DNA from: an uncultured Syntrophaceae bacterium
GTDB taxonomy: Bacteria; Desulfobacterota; Syntrophia; Syntrophales; UBA4778
Assembly: GCA_964597995.1 (NCBI GenBank)
Contig: CAZRAC010000003.1
Location: forward strand, 1 to 59,923
Direction of reading: 5' to 3'
DNA: 59,923 bases
Shown here: one piece after another, positions 1 through 9,243 of the stretch
Position numbering within the stretch: the first letter of the stretch is position 1
Layout: the number at the start of each line of letters is the position of its first letter
Translations under genes and position numbers: made by a program
The notes under the pieces: generated by a model
Databases searched by the model: none
The model's input: only the letters and a program-made list of their open reading frames with translations
Told to the model about the DNA's origin: nothing

Positions 1-62
1 ATATGATGTAAGATTCTCTTTGGAGTGGCGACTTAACCACAGATGTGAATGGAGGAAGGTGC

Positions 63-1868
63 ATGTCTCAGGTAATTGTGACGATCGACAACATCGAAGT
101 GAAGGTTAGACCCGGAACGACGATTTTAGCGGCAGCGAAAGAGGCGGGGATAGATATCCCCACACTTTGCAACCACCGAGCGCTGTCCCCGACCGGTGCC
201 TGTCGGGTTTGCGTTGTAGAGGTCGAAGGGCAGCGGACCTTGCAGGCCGCCTGTGTTTTCCCTGTAGCCGAGGGGATGAAAATAAAGACGGACTCGGACC
301 GGGTGGTCAAGGCGCGAAAACTGGTTCTCGACATGATATTCGCTGAACGAAACCATTTCTGCCCATTCTGCGAGGCAAGCGGTGACTGTGAGTTGCAGAA
401 TCTTGGATACCGGTACGGGATCGATCATTGGGCTTACGAGACTTACTCGAAACCATACCCCCTTGACGCCACCCGCGAGTTTTTTCTGATGGATCACAAT
501 CGTTGCATCCTCTGCGGGCGTTGTATTCGTGCCTGTGACGAGCTTGTGGGCAATCACACCCTTGGCTTACAGCAGCGGGGCACAAGGTCCATGGTCGGCG
601 CCGACACCAACACCCCCTTCGGGGAATCGACTTGCGTGTCCTGCGGTACCTGCCTGCAGGTGTGCCCGACGGGCGCCATATTCGACGGCCGAGGTTCCTA
701 TATGGGGCGCGAGGTCCAGGTCGAACACATCAGGAGTACCTGTAGTCAATGTAGTATAGGATGCGGCATCGAAATCGCGACGCGGGGCGGCAATGTCGTG
801 CGGGTCAAGGGTGACTGGGATGCAGAAGTCAATAAGGGCTTGCTGTGCAGGAAGGGTCGCTTTGAAAGGCTGTACGACGGGCGCAAACGGGTAAAGTCCC
901 CCCTGTTGAGGCAAGGGGGCAGGCTTCAGGAAGTAAGCTGGGAAGAGGCCCTTAAAGCGACCGCCGAGCGTCTTAAAGACGCCGATGCCGGAGGTGTCGG
1001 AGTCCTGACGTCGAGTAACGCTACTAACGAGGCCCTGTTCATGCTTTCTGCGCTGCTCGGAGAAATGAAAGTAACCAACATCGGCTTGTTGAACGATGCT
1101 TCCGCAGGACTGTCGGGTATACGGAGAGGCGCACTCGCCGACATAGCGAAAGGGGATGTCATACTGGTCGTCGGTGCAGACCCGGTCATGAATCAGCCCG
1201 TTGCGTCATTTCTCATCAAACGGGCCGTCGATAAAGGGGCCCGGCTGATCGTCGTCGACGACGCAGACAATGACCTCGCTTGTTTAGCTACAATGAAATT
1301 CGGCGTGCCGGAGGTCCGGAAGGCCGTGGATGTCGCCGCCCGCGCGGAAAACCCCGTCGTTATCTACGGGGAAAGAGTGCCGCCACCCGCCGTCGGCGCC
1401 CTTGAGGCACTGCGACAAAGAGCTGTTTTTATCGCCCTGGAACCGGGCGTCAATACACAGGCTGCGGTGGCTTTTGGGTTGAAGAACGGTTTTAAGGCCT
1501 CCGCCGTTAAAACTTTGTTTGTCCTTTTCGGTGAAGAACAATGGGACGGCAAGGGCGTTGAGCTGGGAGAAATCGGTAAGGATGCCTTCGTGGCCGTCGT
1601 CTCCAGCTACATTTCACCGCTTACCGATAGGGCTGACGTTGTCCTGCCTATGGCCATATGGTCGGAAAGGTCCGGGACTATAACGAATGTCGAGGGTCGT
1701 GTTCAGAAGGTCTGCGCGGCCGTGGACCCTGAAGGTGAAGCCAAGCCCGACTGGGAGATAATCTCTTTGCTCGCCCGCATGCTGGGGAAGAAAATTGATG
1801 AATCACCGGATAAGATGTCCGATCGGGCAATCGAAGCATTGAAGGGAGGGGGAATCCATCGTGAGTAA
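63..1868 (+). CDS. hoxU: HoxU-like / NuoG-like multi-Fe-S subunit of an NAD-linked (group 3d) hydrogenase, with a C-terminal molybdopterin-oxidoreductase-like domain
   Basis: 2Fe-2S motif (C..TGACRVC..C), HxCxxCxxxxxC motif, two 4Fe-4S motifs (CILCGRCIRAC, CVSCGTCLQVCP), then CSQCSIGC..C. Stop overlaps the hoxY start. Start moved to ATG 63 because GGAGG lies just upstream. Confidence 0.8.
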   Translation: MSQVIVTIDNIEVKVRPGTTILAAAKEAGIDIPTLCNHRALSPTGACRVCVVEVEGQRTLQAACVFPVAEGMKIKTDSDRVVKARKLVLDMIFAERNHFCPFCEASGDCELQNLGYRYGIDHWAYETYSKPYPLDATREFFLMDHNRCILCGRCIRACDELVGNHTLGLQQRGTRSMVGADTNTPFGESTCVSCGTCLQVCPTGAIFDGRGSYMGREVQVEHIRSTCSQCSIGCGIEIATRGGNVVRVKGDWDAEVNKGLLCRKGRFERLYDGRKRVKSPLLRQGGRLQEVSWEEALKATAERLKDADAGGVGVLTSSNATNEALFMLSALLGEMKVTNIGLLNDASAGLSGIRRGALADIAKGDVILVVGADPVMNQPVASFLIKRAVDKGARLIVVDDADNDLACLATMKFGVPEVRKAVDVAARAENPVVIYGERVPPPAVGALEALRQRAVFIALEPGVNTQAAVAFGLKNGFKASAVKTLFVLFGEEQWDGKGVELGEIGKDAFVAVVSSYISPLTDRADVVLPMAIWSERSGTITNVEGRVQKVCAAVDPEGEAKPDWEIISLLARMLGKKIDESPDKMSDRAIEALKGGGIHRE

Positions 1869-2406
1869 GATAAAGATAGCTACGGACTGGCTGGCCGGCT
1901 GTGCAGGTTGTCACATGTCCTTGCTGGATATCGATGAGAGGATCGTCAAGCTGCTCGAATCGGTCGAATTTACTTCCAGCCCCGTGACGGACCTGAAACA
2001 CCCGCCGGAGGATGGAGTGACGATAGGTATTCTTGAAGGGGCGATATGCAACACGCATAACATAGAAGTAGCCAGGGAGATGCGCAAGCGTTGTCAGATA
2101 CTGATCGCCATCGGAGATTGCGCCACCTTCGGGGGTGTGCCCGCTATGCGCAATCTTGTGGGAACACAAGAGGCGTTGAAGCGTGCGTACATCGAGACGG
2201 AGAGTGTTGTCGGCGGCTTCATACCCGGTTCCTCTGAACTCGGTGAGCCCCTGGATACGGTGACGGGGGTGGACAAAGTGGTCAAGGTGGACGTTTTTAT
2301 TCCCGGCTGCCCGCCCAGCGCCGACGCGCTTTTCTTTGCCTTGTCGGAATTGTTGGCCGGACGTACGCCCGTCATTTTACCCCCTGAGTATTTAAAATAT
2401 GATTAG
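1861..2406 (+). CDS. hoxY: NiFe hydrogenase small subunit, HoxY type (proximal cluster only)
   Basis: WLAGCAGCHMS, AIGDCA and IPGCPP motifs; 181 aa; GTG start overlapping the upstream gene. Confidence 0.92.
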   Translation: MSKIKIATDWLAGCAGCHMSLLDIDERIVKLLESVEFTSSPVTDLKHPPEDGVTIGILEGAICNTHNIEVAREMRKRCQILIAIGDCATFGGVPAMRNLVGTQEALKRAYIETESVVGGFIPGSSELGEPLDTVTGVDKVVKVDVFIPGCPPSADALFFALSELLAGRTPVILPPEYLKYD

Positions 2407-2420
2407 AGGAGATGCGAGAT

Positions 2421-3848
2421 ATGGGTGCTCGAAAAATAACCATAGAACCGGTGACGCGGATCGAGGGTCATGCGCGGGTGACGATTCATCTGAACGATCA
2501 GGGTGGTGTGGAGCAGACTTTTTTCCATGTGGACGAATTCCGCGGTCTGGAGAAGTTCTGCGAAGGCCGTCCGTATTTTGAGATGCCGCAGATCACACAG
2601 CGGATCTGCGGGATATGCCCGGTCAGTCACCATCTGGCGGCCGCCAAGGCCTGTGACGGTGTCGCCCGTGTAGAACCGCCGCGACCTGCGAGGTTGTTAC
2701 GCGAGCTGATGCACATGGGTCAGTTAGTGCAGTCTCACGGCATGCACTTCTTCCATCTTGCGGCCCCCGACCTGGTTCTCGGGTTCGACGCCGACCCGGC
2801 GATCCGGAACGTCTTCGGCATCATCAAGGCCAACCCGGATCTGGCGCTCAAGGCGGTTAACCTACGGCGTTACGGCCAGCGGGTCATCGAACGGCTGGGC
2901 GGGAAGCGGATACACCCCAATTTAAGCGTACCGGGCGGCGTGAATGCCCCGCTGAATCCCACGGACCGGGACGAGATTTTAGCGGAAATGGAGACCATGA
3001 TGGACATCGCTAAGGTTGCGGTGGACATCGGCAAGAACTGGCTGGGCGCCAACAAAGATCTAGCGTCGACCTTCGCATCCTTTCCTTCGAACTACATGGG
3101 GCTGGTGGATGAGGAGGGAGGGCTTCAGCTCTATGACGGAGAGATCAGGGTCAAGAACGCCGAGGGCAAGTATGTCGCCCAGTTCAAGCCCGAACATTAC
3201 CTGGCCCATGTCGCCGAGCATGTGGAGCCCTGGTCATTCCTCAAATACCCTTACTATCGCAAGATGGGTTTCCCGGAAGGGTTCTACCGTGTCGGTCCCC
3301 TGGGGCGGCTGAATGTCTGCGACAAGATCGGAACTCCCCTGGCGAACGAAGAGTTCAAACTCTTCAGACAGTTGAACGGCGGTAAGCCCGTCGAAGGTTC
3401 CCTCTATTACCACTACGCGAGATTGATCGAACTCGTCTACGCCCTCGAGCGGATAGTCCAGTTGCTGGACGACCCCGATATCTTGTCCAAAGAGGTTCGG
3501 GCCTATCCGGAGGCGAGACTACCGGGGCAGGGAGTCGGTGTGATCGAAGCCCCCAGGGGCACTCTCTTCCACGATTACAGCACGGACGAGAACGGCCTGC
3601 TGACGCGGGTGAACCTCATCGTGGCGACAGGCAACAACAACTGGGCGATGCACACGGCCGCCGGGATGGTCGCGAAGGCCTGCGTAGACGGCAACAAGCT
3701 TACCGAAGGGATGTTGAACAGGGTGGAAGCTGCGATCCGGTGCTACGACCCATGCCTGTCTTGTTCCACGCACGCTATCGGGAAGATGCCGTTGAGAATC
3801 GAGCTAGTGGCAGTGGACGGGACGGTCCTGGACAGCATCTCCCGCTGA
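2421..3848 (+). CDS. hoxH: NiFe hydrogenase large subunit, group 3d
   Basis: [10 protein letters not shown]1 [11 protein letters not shown]2 DPCLSCSTH followed by a 24-aa cleavable tail. ATG 2421 has a better-spaced GAGGAG than ATG 2412. Confidence 0.95.
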   Translation: MGARKITIEPVTRIEGHARVTIHLNDQGGVEQTFFHVDEFRGLEKFCEGRPYFEMPQITQRICGICPVSHHLAAAKACDGVARVEPPRPARLLRELMHMGQLVQSHGMHFFHLAAPDLVLGFDADPAIRNVFGIIKANPDLALKAVNLRRYGQRVIERLGGKRIHPNLSVPGGVNAPLNPTDRDEILAEMETMMDIAKVAVDIGKNWLGANKDLASTFASFPSNYMGLVDEEGGLQLYDGEIRVKNAEGKYVAQFKPEHYLAHVAEHVEPWSFLKYPYYRKMGFPEGFYRVGPLGRLNVCDKIGTPLANEEFKLFRQLNGGKPVEGSLYYHYARLIELVYALERIVQLLDDPDILSKEVRAYPEARLPGQGVGVIEAPRGTLFHDYSTDENGLLTRVNLIVATGNNNWAMHTAAGMVAKACVDGNKLTEGMLNRVEAAIRCYDPCLSCSTHAIGKMPLRIELVAVDGTVLDSISR

Positions 3849-3894
3849 CCGGGAGTGTCGGTGTAGAAAAACGGTGGGAAACCGAGGCTCGACG

Positions 3895-4443
3895 ATGGGC
3901 CGAACTCTCGTTATCGGTTATGGAAATTTAGACCGGGCGGATGACGGTGTCGCCTATTTCGTCATCGAGGCCCTGCGGCGTTCACTGGGCCAGGGTGCAC
4001 TCAAAGAAGATGACACGGGGCTCGAAGAGCTCGGCGGTGAGATAGATTCGGTGTTCCTGCAACAATTGACGCCGGATTTGCTCGAAGTTATGGCCGATTA
4101 TGACGAGGTTGTGTTTGTCGATGCCCATGTGGACGGTAAACTTGATGCGTTACATTGTGCCTCCGTTGTGCCGGAAGATGCGGCGCTGGCGTTTACTCAC
4201 CATATAACACCCGCCATGCTGATGGCATGGTTCCAGGCCCTTTACCATAGGAAGCCGTCCGCCCGGATCGTCTCCATAAAAGGTTGTGACTTTGATTTCC
4301 ACCGCGGCCTCTCTTCTTTCTCTGCTGAGTTAGTGGGGCCGGCCGTACGGCTTATCTTGAAAGAAGACATGACCTTTAGGAAGAGTTTGAAACAGTGTAA
4401 AGTCATATCAAAGAAGGAGGGGAACCGATGGAGAACGTCATAG
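3895..4443 (+). CDS. hoxW: Hydrogenase maturation endopeptidase (HoxW/HycI family)
   Basis: N-terminal LVIGYGNLDRADDG, VFVDA and THH motifs; directly after hoxH. Confidence 0.88.
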   Translation: MGRTLVIGYGNLDRADDGVAYFVIEALRRSLGQGALKEDDTGLEELGGEIDSVFLQQLTPDLLEVMADYDEVVFVDAHVDGKLDALHCASVVPEDAALAFTHHITPAMLMAWFQALYHRKPSARIVSIKGCDFDFHRGLSSFSAELVGPAVRLILKEDMTFRKSLKQCKVISKKEGNRWRTS

Positions 4444-4928
4444 ACATTTTAAGGCATTCTGTAATTTTCTCGAAGTTGACCGATGAGCAGCTGAAAAAGC
4501 TTGCGGCCATCGCCTCGATAGAAACCCATCCGGCCGGAACGGTTCTCTATCGTGAGGGGGATCCGGCCGCCAAGTTTTACATCGTCATCGACGGTAAGGT
4601 CGCTTTGGACATGCAATGCGATATGGGGCCGAATTTTCCTCCCCGGCAGGTCATCGTTGATGTTGTTGCAAAGGGCGAGTCTATGGGATGGTCTGCCGTC
4701 GTCGAGCCTTTCATATTCACGCTGAGTTGCCTTTGTTTGGACCGGACCGAATTGGTGGCGATCGACGCAGTGAAGTTGAGGGGAATCATCGACGAGGATT
4801 GCGAAATGGGCCTCGCGGTCATGAAGGCTGTCGCTAAGATGATTGCAACTCGTCTGACTCACACGAGAGTGGTTCTGGTGGGCGAACGTGCCCTCGGTAT
4901 CATGACCGAACATACTCAATACGCATAA
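4428..4928 (+). CDS. Stand-alone cyclic-nucleotide-binding (Crp-like) domain protein with no HTH
   Basis: FSKLTDEQLKKLA..LYREGDPA..FYIVIDGKV..GESMGWSA pattern; ends after the C-helix; overlaps hoxW by 16 nt. Confidence 0.85.
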   Translation: MENVIDILRHSVIFSKLTDEQLKKLAAIASIETHPAGTVLYREGDPAAKFYIVIDGKVALDMQCDMGPNFPPRQVIVDVVAKGESMGWSAVVEPFIFTLSCLCLDRTELVAIDAVKLRGIIDEDCEMGLAVMKAVAKMIATRLTHTRVVLVGERALGIMTEHTQYA

Positions 4929-4947
4929 AAAGAATCAAGAAGATAGG

Positions 4948-4984
4948 ACAAAGAGGTTTGGTCGGATAGGTCAAACCTCTTTGT
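4948..4984 (+). terminator. Stem-loop ending the hox operon
   Basis: Perfect 13-bp inverted repeat ACAAAGAGGTTTG / CAAACCTCTTTGT, 19 nt after the cNMP gene stop. Confidence 0.7.
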
Positions 4985-5042
4985 GTATCCGGGGGTGTCT
5001 TTCTCCGCATCGTTCTTTATTGCTATTTAGAGGTGCTTTAAG

Positions 5043-6422
5043 ATGAAGAAAAGATGGATTTATCCGGTCTTGGTGATCGAGCTGCTCATGCCTTTTTTCG
5101 CCCTGGCCCGGCAGCCGGTGGAACCACTGCACGTCGGACCCCGGTACCCGGTGAAAGAGACTGCACCTTCCCCGTTACCCCATGTAAGGCCTGAGTTCGA
5201 GGATGTAAACTACTGGATCGGGCGCCTACGGGACCCGGATAAGGTCCTGATGGAGGCCGAGGAGATCGAAAAAGTCAACCGCGCTGCGTTGAAAAACGAC
5301 CTGGACTCCCTGGACATCTTGTCTCTCCCCGACGAGATAGATACGGGAATCTTGAAAAGGAGACTGGCGAGGTCTTGGGCTCGATACGGAGGGTCGAGAC
5401 TTTACGACTCGGCAAGTCGGCCCCTTTCCACTGTCTACCTGGCAAGGCTTTTTACGCTGACGAACATCCAGGGTGTTCCTGACCATGTAATACCCCTCTA
5501 CGGGGTTGTCGTCCATGCGACAAACCTGCGTGTCTTTCCGACGGACGACCTTGTCATGGACAGGCCTTTTGACTACGCCTTCGACCGTTTCCAGGCGGGG
5601 AGGCTGGACGTCGGAACCGCCGTCGTAATCCTCCATTACGATGTGGACTGTACGTGGTGTTTTGTGGACACGGGATACGCGTGGGGATGGGTCAGGCCGA
5701 ACGACGTGGCTGTAGGAGACAAAGAACAAGTCATCAAATTTGCGGGCGGGAAACCACTTATCGTATCCGGCGACAGCGTGTCTTTTTACCATGACCATGA
5801 TTTCGGGGAATACGCCTTTGAACTCCCGATGGGAGCAAAACTGCCCCTTGCCGAGAGCGTTCATGGCGGGTATAGAGTCGTTATGCCCTGCCGTGACGGT
5901 TACGGACGCCTGTTTCTAACCGACGGTTTCGTGCGTGCCGATGCCGATGTCCATGAAGGCTATCTTCCTTACACGATGGGTGCTGTCTTGAGACAGGCCT
6001 TCAAGATCAAGGACGGGTATTACAGTTGGGGCGGTCTCAATAAGGGCAGGGATTGTTCGCGGTTCATCATGGACGTCTTCCGCTGTTTCGGGTTTCGGAT
6101 GCCGAGGGACAGTAACCGGCAGGCGCTTTTTTGCAAGAGGAATCGCTTGGAGCTGGAGGGGATTTCCGACGGCGCGAAAGTCGAGGCCCTGATGCGCATC
6201 GGACAGAAGCCGACGATCCTGTACATGCGCGGACATGTCATGCTTTTCTTAGGGGTGGTCGACGACAGGATATATGCCGTCCATAGCTTCTGGGAATACG
6301 ACGACGAGCACCACGGCGTTGTGTACCATGTTGGCCGTACCGTAGTGTCTGATCTGACGTTGGGGAAAGGCGGAAAAGAGACACTGCTGGGACACCTGAA
6401 GGCGGCACTTCCGCTGGACTGA
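5043..6422 (+). CDS. Secreted SH3b + NlpC/P60 cell-wall peptidase
   Basis: Signal peptide; YSWGG..GRDCSRF (catalytic Cys) and MRGHVMLFLG (His); long SH3-like N-terminal region. Confidence 0.85.
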   Translation: MKKRWIYPVLVIELLMPFFALARQPVEPLHVGPRYPVKETAPSPLPHVRPEFEDVNYWIGRLRDPDKVLMEAEEIEKVNRAALKNDLDSLDILSLPDEIDTGILKRRLARSWARYGGSRLYDSASRPLSTVYLARLFTLTNIQGVPDHVIPLYGVVVHATNLRVFPTDDLVMDRPFDYAFDRFQAGRLDVGTAVVILHYDVDCTWCFVDTGYAWGWVRPNDVAVGDKEQVIKFAGGKPLIVSGDSVSFYHDHDFGEYAFELPMGAKLPLAESVHGGYRVVMPCRDGYGRLFLTDGFVRADADVHEGYLPYTMGAVLRQAFKIKDGYYSWGGLNKGRDCSRFIMDVFRCFGFRMPRDSNRQALFCKRNRLELEGISDGAKVEALMRIGQKPTILYMRGHVMLFLGVVDDRIYAVHSFWEYDDEHHGVVYHVGRTVVSDLTLGKGGKETLLGHLKAALPLD

Positions 6423-6551
6423 ACTCCCGGTGACCGGCCTTTTCTCGCTTGGTGTGTTCATGCCCGAGCTTTCTTTGCGATTCCCGTGAAGGGGCATGAC
6501 GTCGGGACCGAACCAGGAGAAGCGCCGCCTACTTTGTAGGTGCTTTTCGGC

Positions 6552-6875
6552 TCAGGCGATTTTCTTTGCCAGCCTGCGGGTCCTTTTTTTCAGCCGGCTG
6601 ATTTTCCTCGTCAGGAGGAGCGTCTTCTTCTTATCAGCTCGCTTTCTCAAAGAGTCCCGCTGTTCCCTGATCTCTCGCATCTTGTGTTTCAGCTCGACCA
6701 CCGTCTCGATGGGTTTCTCGCGGGTTTCCTTCACTGGGAGGCCTTTTGCCTTCTTGATGGCGATGATCAGCTCCGTCTTCTTCATCGCTGAAACGCCGCT
6801 GATTCCACCCATGGCCAGGGCCATCTCCTTCAACTCCTTTATCGTCAAATCTTCCAGCGGTTTTTCGTGTTCCAT
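6552..6875 (-). CDS. Small basic protein with a Rho-termination-factor N-terminal-like domain and a coiled coil
   Basis: LEDLTIKELKEMA..GVSAMKKTELI motif; GGAGG upstream of ATG 6875; follows hisC. Confidence 0.75.
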   Translation of the reverse strand: MEHEKPLEDLTIKELKEMALAMGGISGVSAMKKTELIIAIKKAKGLPVKETREKPIETVVELKHKMREIREQRDSLRKRADKKKTLLLTRKISRLKKRTRRLAKKIA

Positions 6876-6905
6876 CTCTTCACCCTCCATTCGTGTTTGC
6901 TTCCT

Positions 6906-7958
6906 TCACCCGACCGCTGTCAGCCGGGTGAGTGCTTGAATCAGAGTAGAGTTTTCCTCTTCCGTCCCGACCGTGATCCGTAATTTATCCTCGAGGCGCG
7001 GCTGTTTGAAGTACCGAACGAGTATGCCCTCCGCCTTGAGGGCGAGATAAATCCTCTCCGCATCGCCCATCGGCGGTCTCGTCAGGATGAAATTCGCCTG
7101 TGACGGCCAGACACGGAAGCCCAGGTTCTCGAGGGTGGCGGACAGGTTTTTTCTTGATGCTTTGACCCGTTCTGCGGTCTCTTCCTTGTAAGTCTGGTCC
7201 TCGATGGCCGCTGCGCCGATGAGGCAGGACAAGGCATCCACATTGTAACTGTCCTTTATCTTCATCAGGTTTTCGATGATCGGCGGTTGGGCTATTCCGA
7301 AACCGAGCCTCAACCCGGCAAGGGAATAGCCCTTGGACAGGGTTCGCAAAATGATGATGTTTTTGTTGCTTTTGACCAACTCCAGGGCGTTTTCTTCGGC
7401 GAAATCCACGTAGGCCTCATCCACGACGAGCAGCCCGACGACAGAGGCGGACAGGCGCTCGAGGGATTCACGGGACACCGGCGTTCCCGACGGACTGTTC
7501 GGCGAGCAGACGATCGTCAAGGCGCCCCGCGCAGCGATCAGCCCCTCAACGGGGAGTCGGTAGTCGTCGTCGTAAGGGACTTCAATACACCTCGCACCCT
7601 GAATCTCTGCGAGGGTCCGATAGAGGACGTACGTCGGCATGGCGTACGCAGCCGCTCGGCGCGGTTCACAGCAGGCCCGCAAGAGTATGGAAAGTATTTC
7701 ATCGCTTCCGTTCCCGACGATAACCCAGTCTTCGTGAACGCCGAAGACGCGGCTCACCGCGCGGCGTACCCGCCCGGAAAAAGGGTCTGGGTAGCGGCGG
7801 AGGCATTCGGTGTCGATGTTGCTAAGTATTGCCATCGCTGTCGGTGAGGGCGGGTAAGGGTTTTCATTGGTGTTCAGCTTGATCACCTTCGCTCCCGGCA
7901 TTTGTTCACCCGGAATGTAACCGGACATCGATTCTATTTTTTTTCGGAAATAACGCAT
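6906..7958 (-). CDS. hisC: Histidinol-phosphate aminotransferase
   Basis: KLNTNENPYPP, GNGSDE, SPNSPSG, DEAYVDF, RTLSKGYSLAGLRLG (PLP lysine). Confidence 0.93.
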   Translation of the reverse strand: MRYFRKKIESMSGYIPGEQMPGAKVIKLNTNENPYPPSPTAMAILSNIDTECLRRYPDPFSGRVRRAVSRVFGVHEDWVIVGNGSDEILSILLRACCEPRRAAAYAMPTYVLYRTLAEIQGARCIEVPYDDDYRLPVEGLIAARGALTIVCSPNSPSGTPVSRESLERLSASVVGLLVVDEAYVDFAEENALELVKSNKNIIILRTLSKGYSLAGLRLGFGIAQPPIIENLMKIKDSYNVDALSCLIGAAAIEDQTYKEETAERVKASRKNLSATLENLGFRVWPSQANFILTRPPMGDAERIYLALKAEGILVRYFKQPRLEDKLRITVGTEEENSTLIQALTRLTAVG

Positions 7959-8070
7959 TGGGTAGCCTCACGACGAAAATTCTTATTAATATAATGATTT
8001 TAGCAAATTATGAAATTTATGGACCGGATAAAACGATCAAAACAGATCACCCATATTTCTACTATGTTTT

Positions 8071-9120
8071 TTAAAGAAGGTCCTTGTCAATGTACTGCCG
8101 ATCGTACATCTGCCAGAGGGAAAGGAGCAGGGCGGCGATGATCGGTCCGATGACGATGCCGGAAACGCCGAAGAGGGCGATCCCTCCGAGCGTAGAGAAC
8201 AGTATAAACAGGGGATGCATCTGAATGTCCCTTCCTACGAGGATGGGCCGCAGGGCATTGTCGACCATACTGATGATAAATGTTCCCGTCAACAGGATTG
8301 TAATGCCTTCCCAGGTGTGTCCCGTCAGGAGCATAACGATTCCTGCCGGCAGCCAGACAACGGAGCAGCCGATCCCCGGGATGACGGCGAGAAAGACCAT
8401 CAAAACCCACCAGATCAAGGCGCCTTCGATGCCCACCAGGAAAAACAGGAGCCCGCCAAGAGAACCTTGGATGAAGGCAAGAACGAGGGTTCCCTTGATG
8501 GTTGCCCTGGTTGCCGATGTGAACTGTTCATACAGCATTTTTTCACGCCTTTCCCCCAACGGAAAGAGATGAACGGCCTTACGCAAAAACGTTTCGCCGT
8601 CCCGGATGAAGAAGAACAGGGTGTACAGCATGATCAGGAACATGGTGACGAAGATCACTGTGTTTTGGGTGAAGCCTTTCAGGCTGGTAAAGATGAAATT
8701 TGTGACGTCCTTGGCCATGTCGGAAAGTTTTTCTGCCAGGAGCCCTTCGTCGATGTTCAGATTTCTTACATATGGGTTTTGCCTGACCCGCTCGGGAACG
8801 CCTTTGAGGAATTCTTTGACGGGACTATGGTCTTCGCTCAATGATGCGTATATTGCGATCGATTCATTTACCAATAGCGCCCCGATGAGGAAGATAGGCA
8901 GGATGATTATCAGAAGGACGGCGAGCAGCACAACCGACGCCGAAAGGCTCGGCCGTCGTATTTTTCCTTCCAACCAATTATAGAAGGGCCGGGAGAGGCT
9001 TGCAATCACCGCCGCCCAGAATATGGGATAGAAAAAGGGCTTGAGAAGATAGAGAAAAAGAACAGTGATGAAGCCAAGAAGGCTGAAGAATAGAATGTTT
9101 TTGGTTTTGCTGTCTCTCAT
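8071..9120 (-). CDS. AI-2E (PerM/YdiK) family membrane transporter
   Basis: Multi-TM protein; VDNALRPILVG..MHPLFILFSTLGGIALFGVSGIVIGP family signature. Confidence 0.9.
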   Translation of the reverse strand: MRDSKTKNILFFSLLGFITVLFLYLLKPFFYPIFWAAVIASLSRPFYNWLEGKIRRPSLSASVVLLAVLLIIILPIFLIGALLVNESIAIYASLSEDHSPVKEFLKGVPERVRQNPYVRNLNIDEGLLAEKLSDMAKDVTNFIFTSLKGFTQNTVIFVTMFLIMLYTLFFFIRDGETFLRKAVHLFPLGERREKMLYEQFTSATRATIKGTLVLAFIQGSLGGLLFFLVGIEGALIWWVLMVFLAVIPGIGCSVVWLPAGIVMLLTGHTWEGITILLTGTFIISMVDNALRPILVGRDIQMHPLFILFSTLGGIALFGVSGIVIGPIIAALLLSLWQMYDRQYIDKDLL

Positions 9121-9243
9121 GGAATCAAAGAGGATAGGGAGAAGTCAAAATATATCGAATATTAGAACCATACCCATTGTTCTCTTAAATTACAAGTTTT
9201 TGAAAAATTACCAGAGGTAGAACTCTCGGTCTTACCGCTTTGG

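Noticed and set aside
1-62. 3' end of an upstream hoxF-like gene
   Set aside because: Too little sequence to assign a frame or product.
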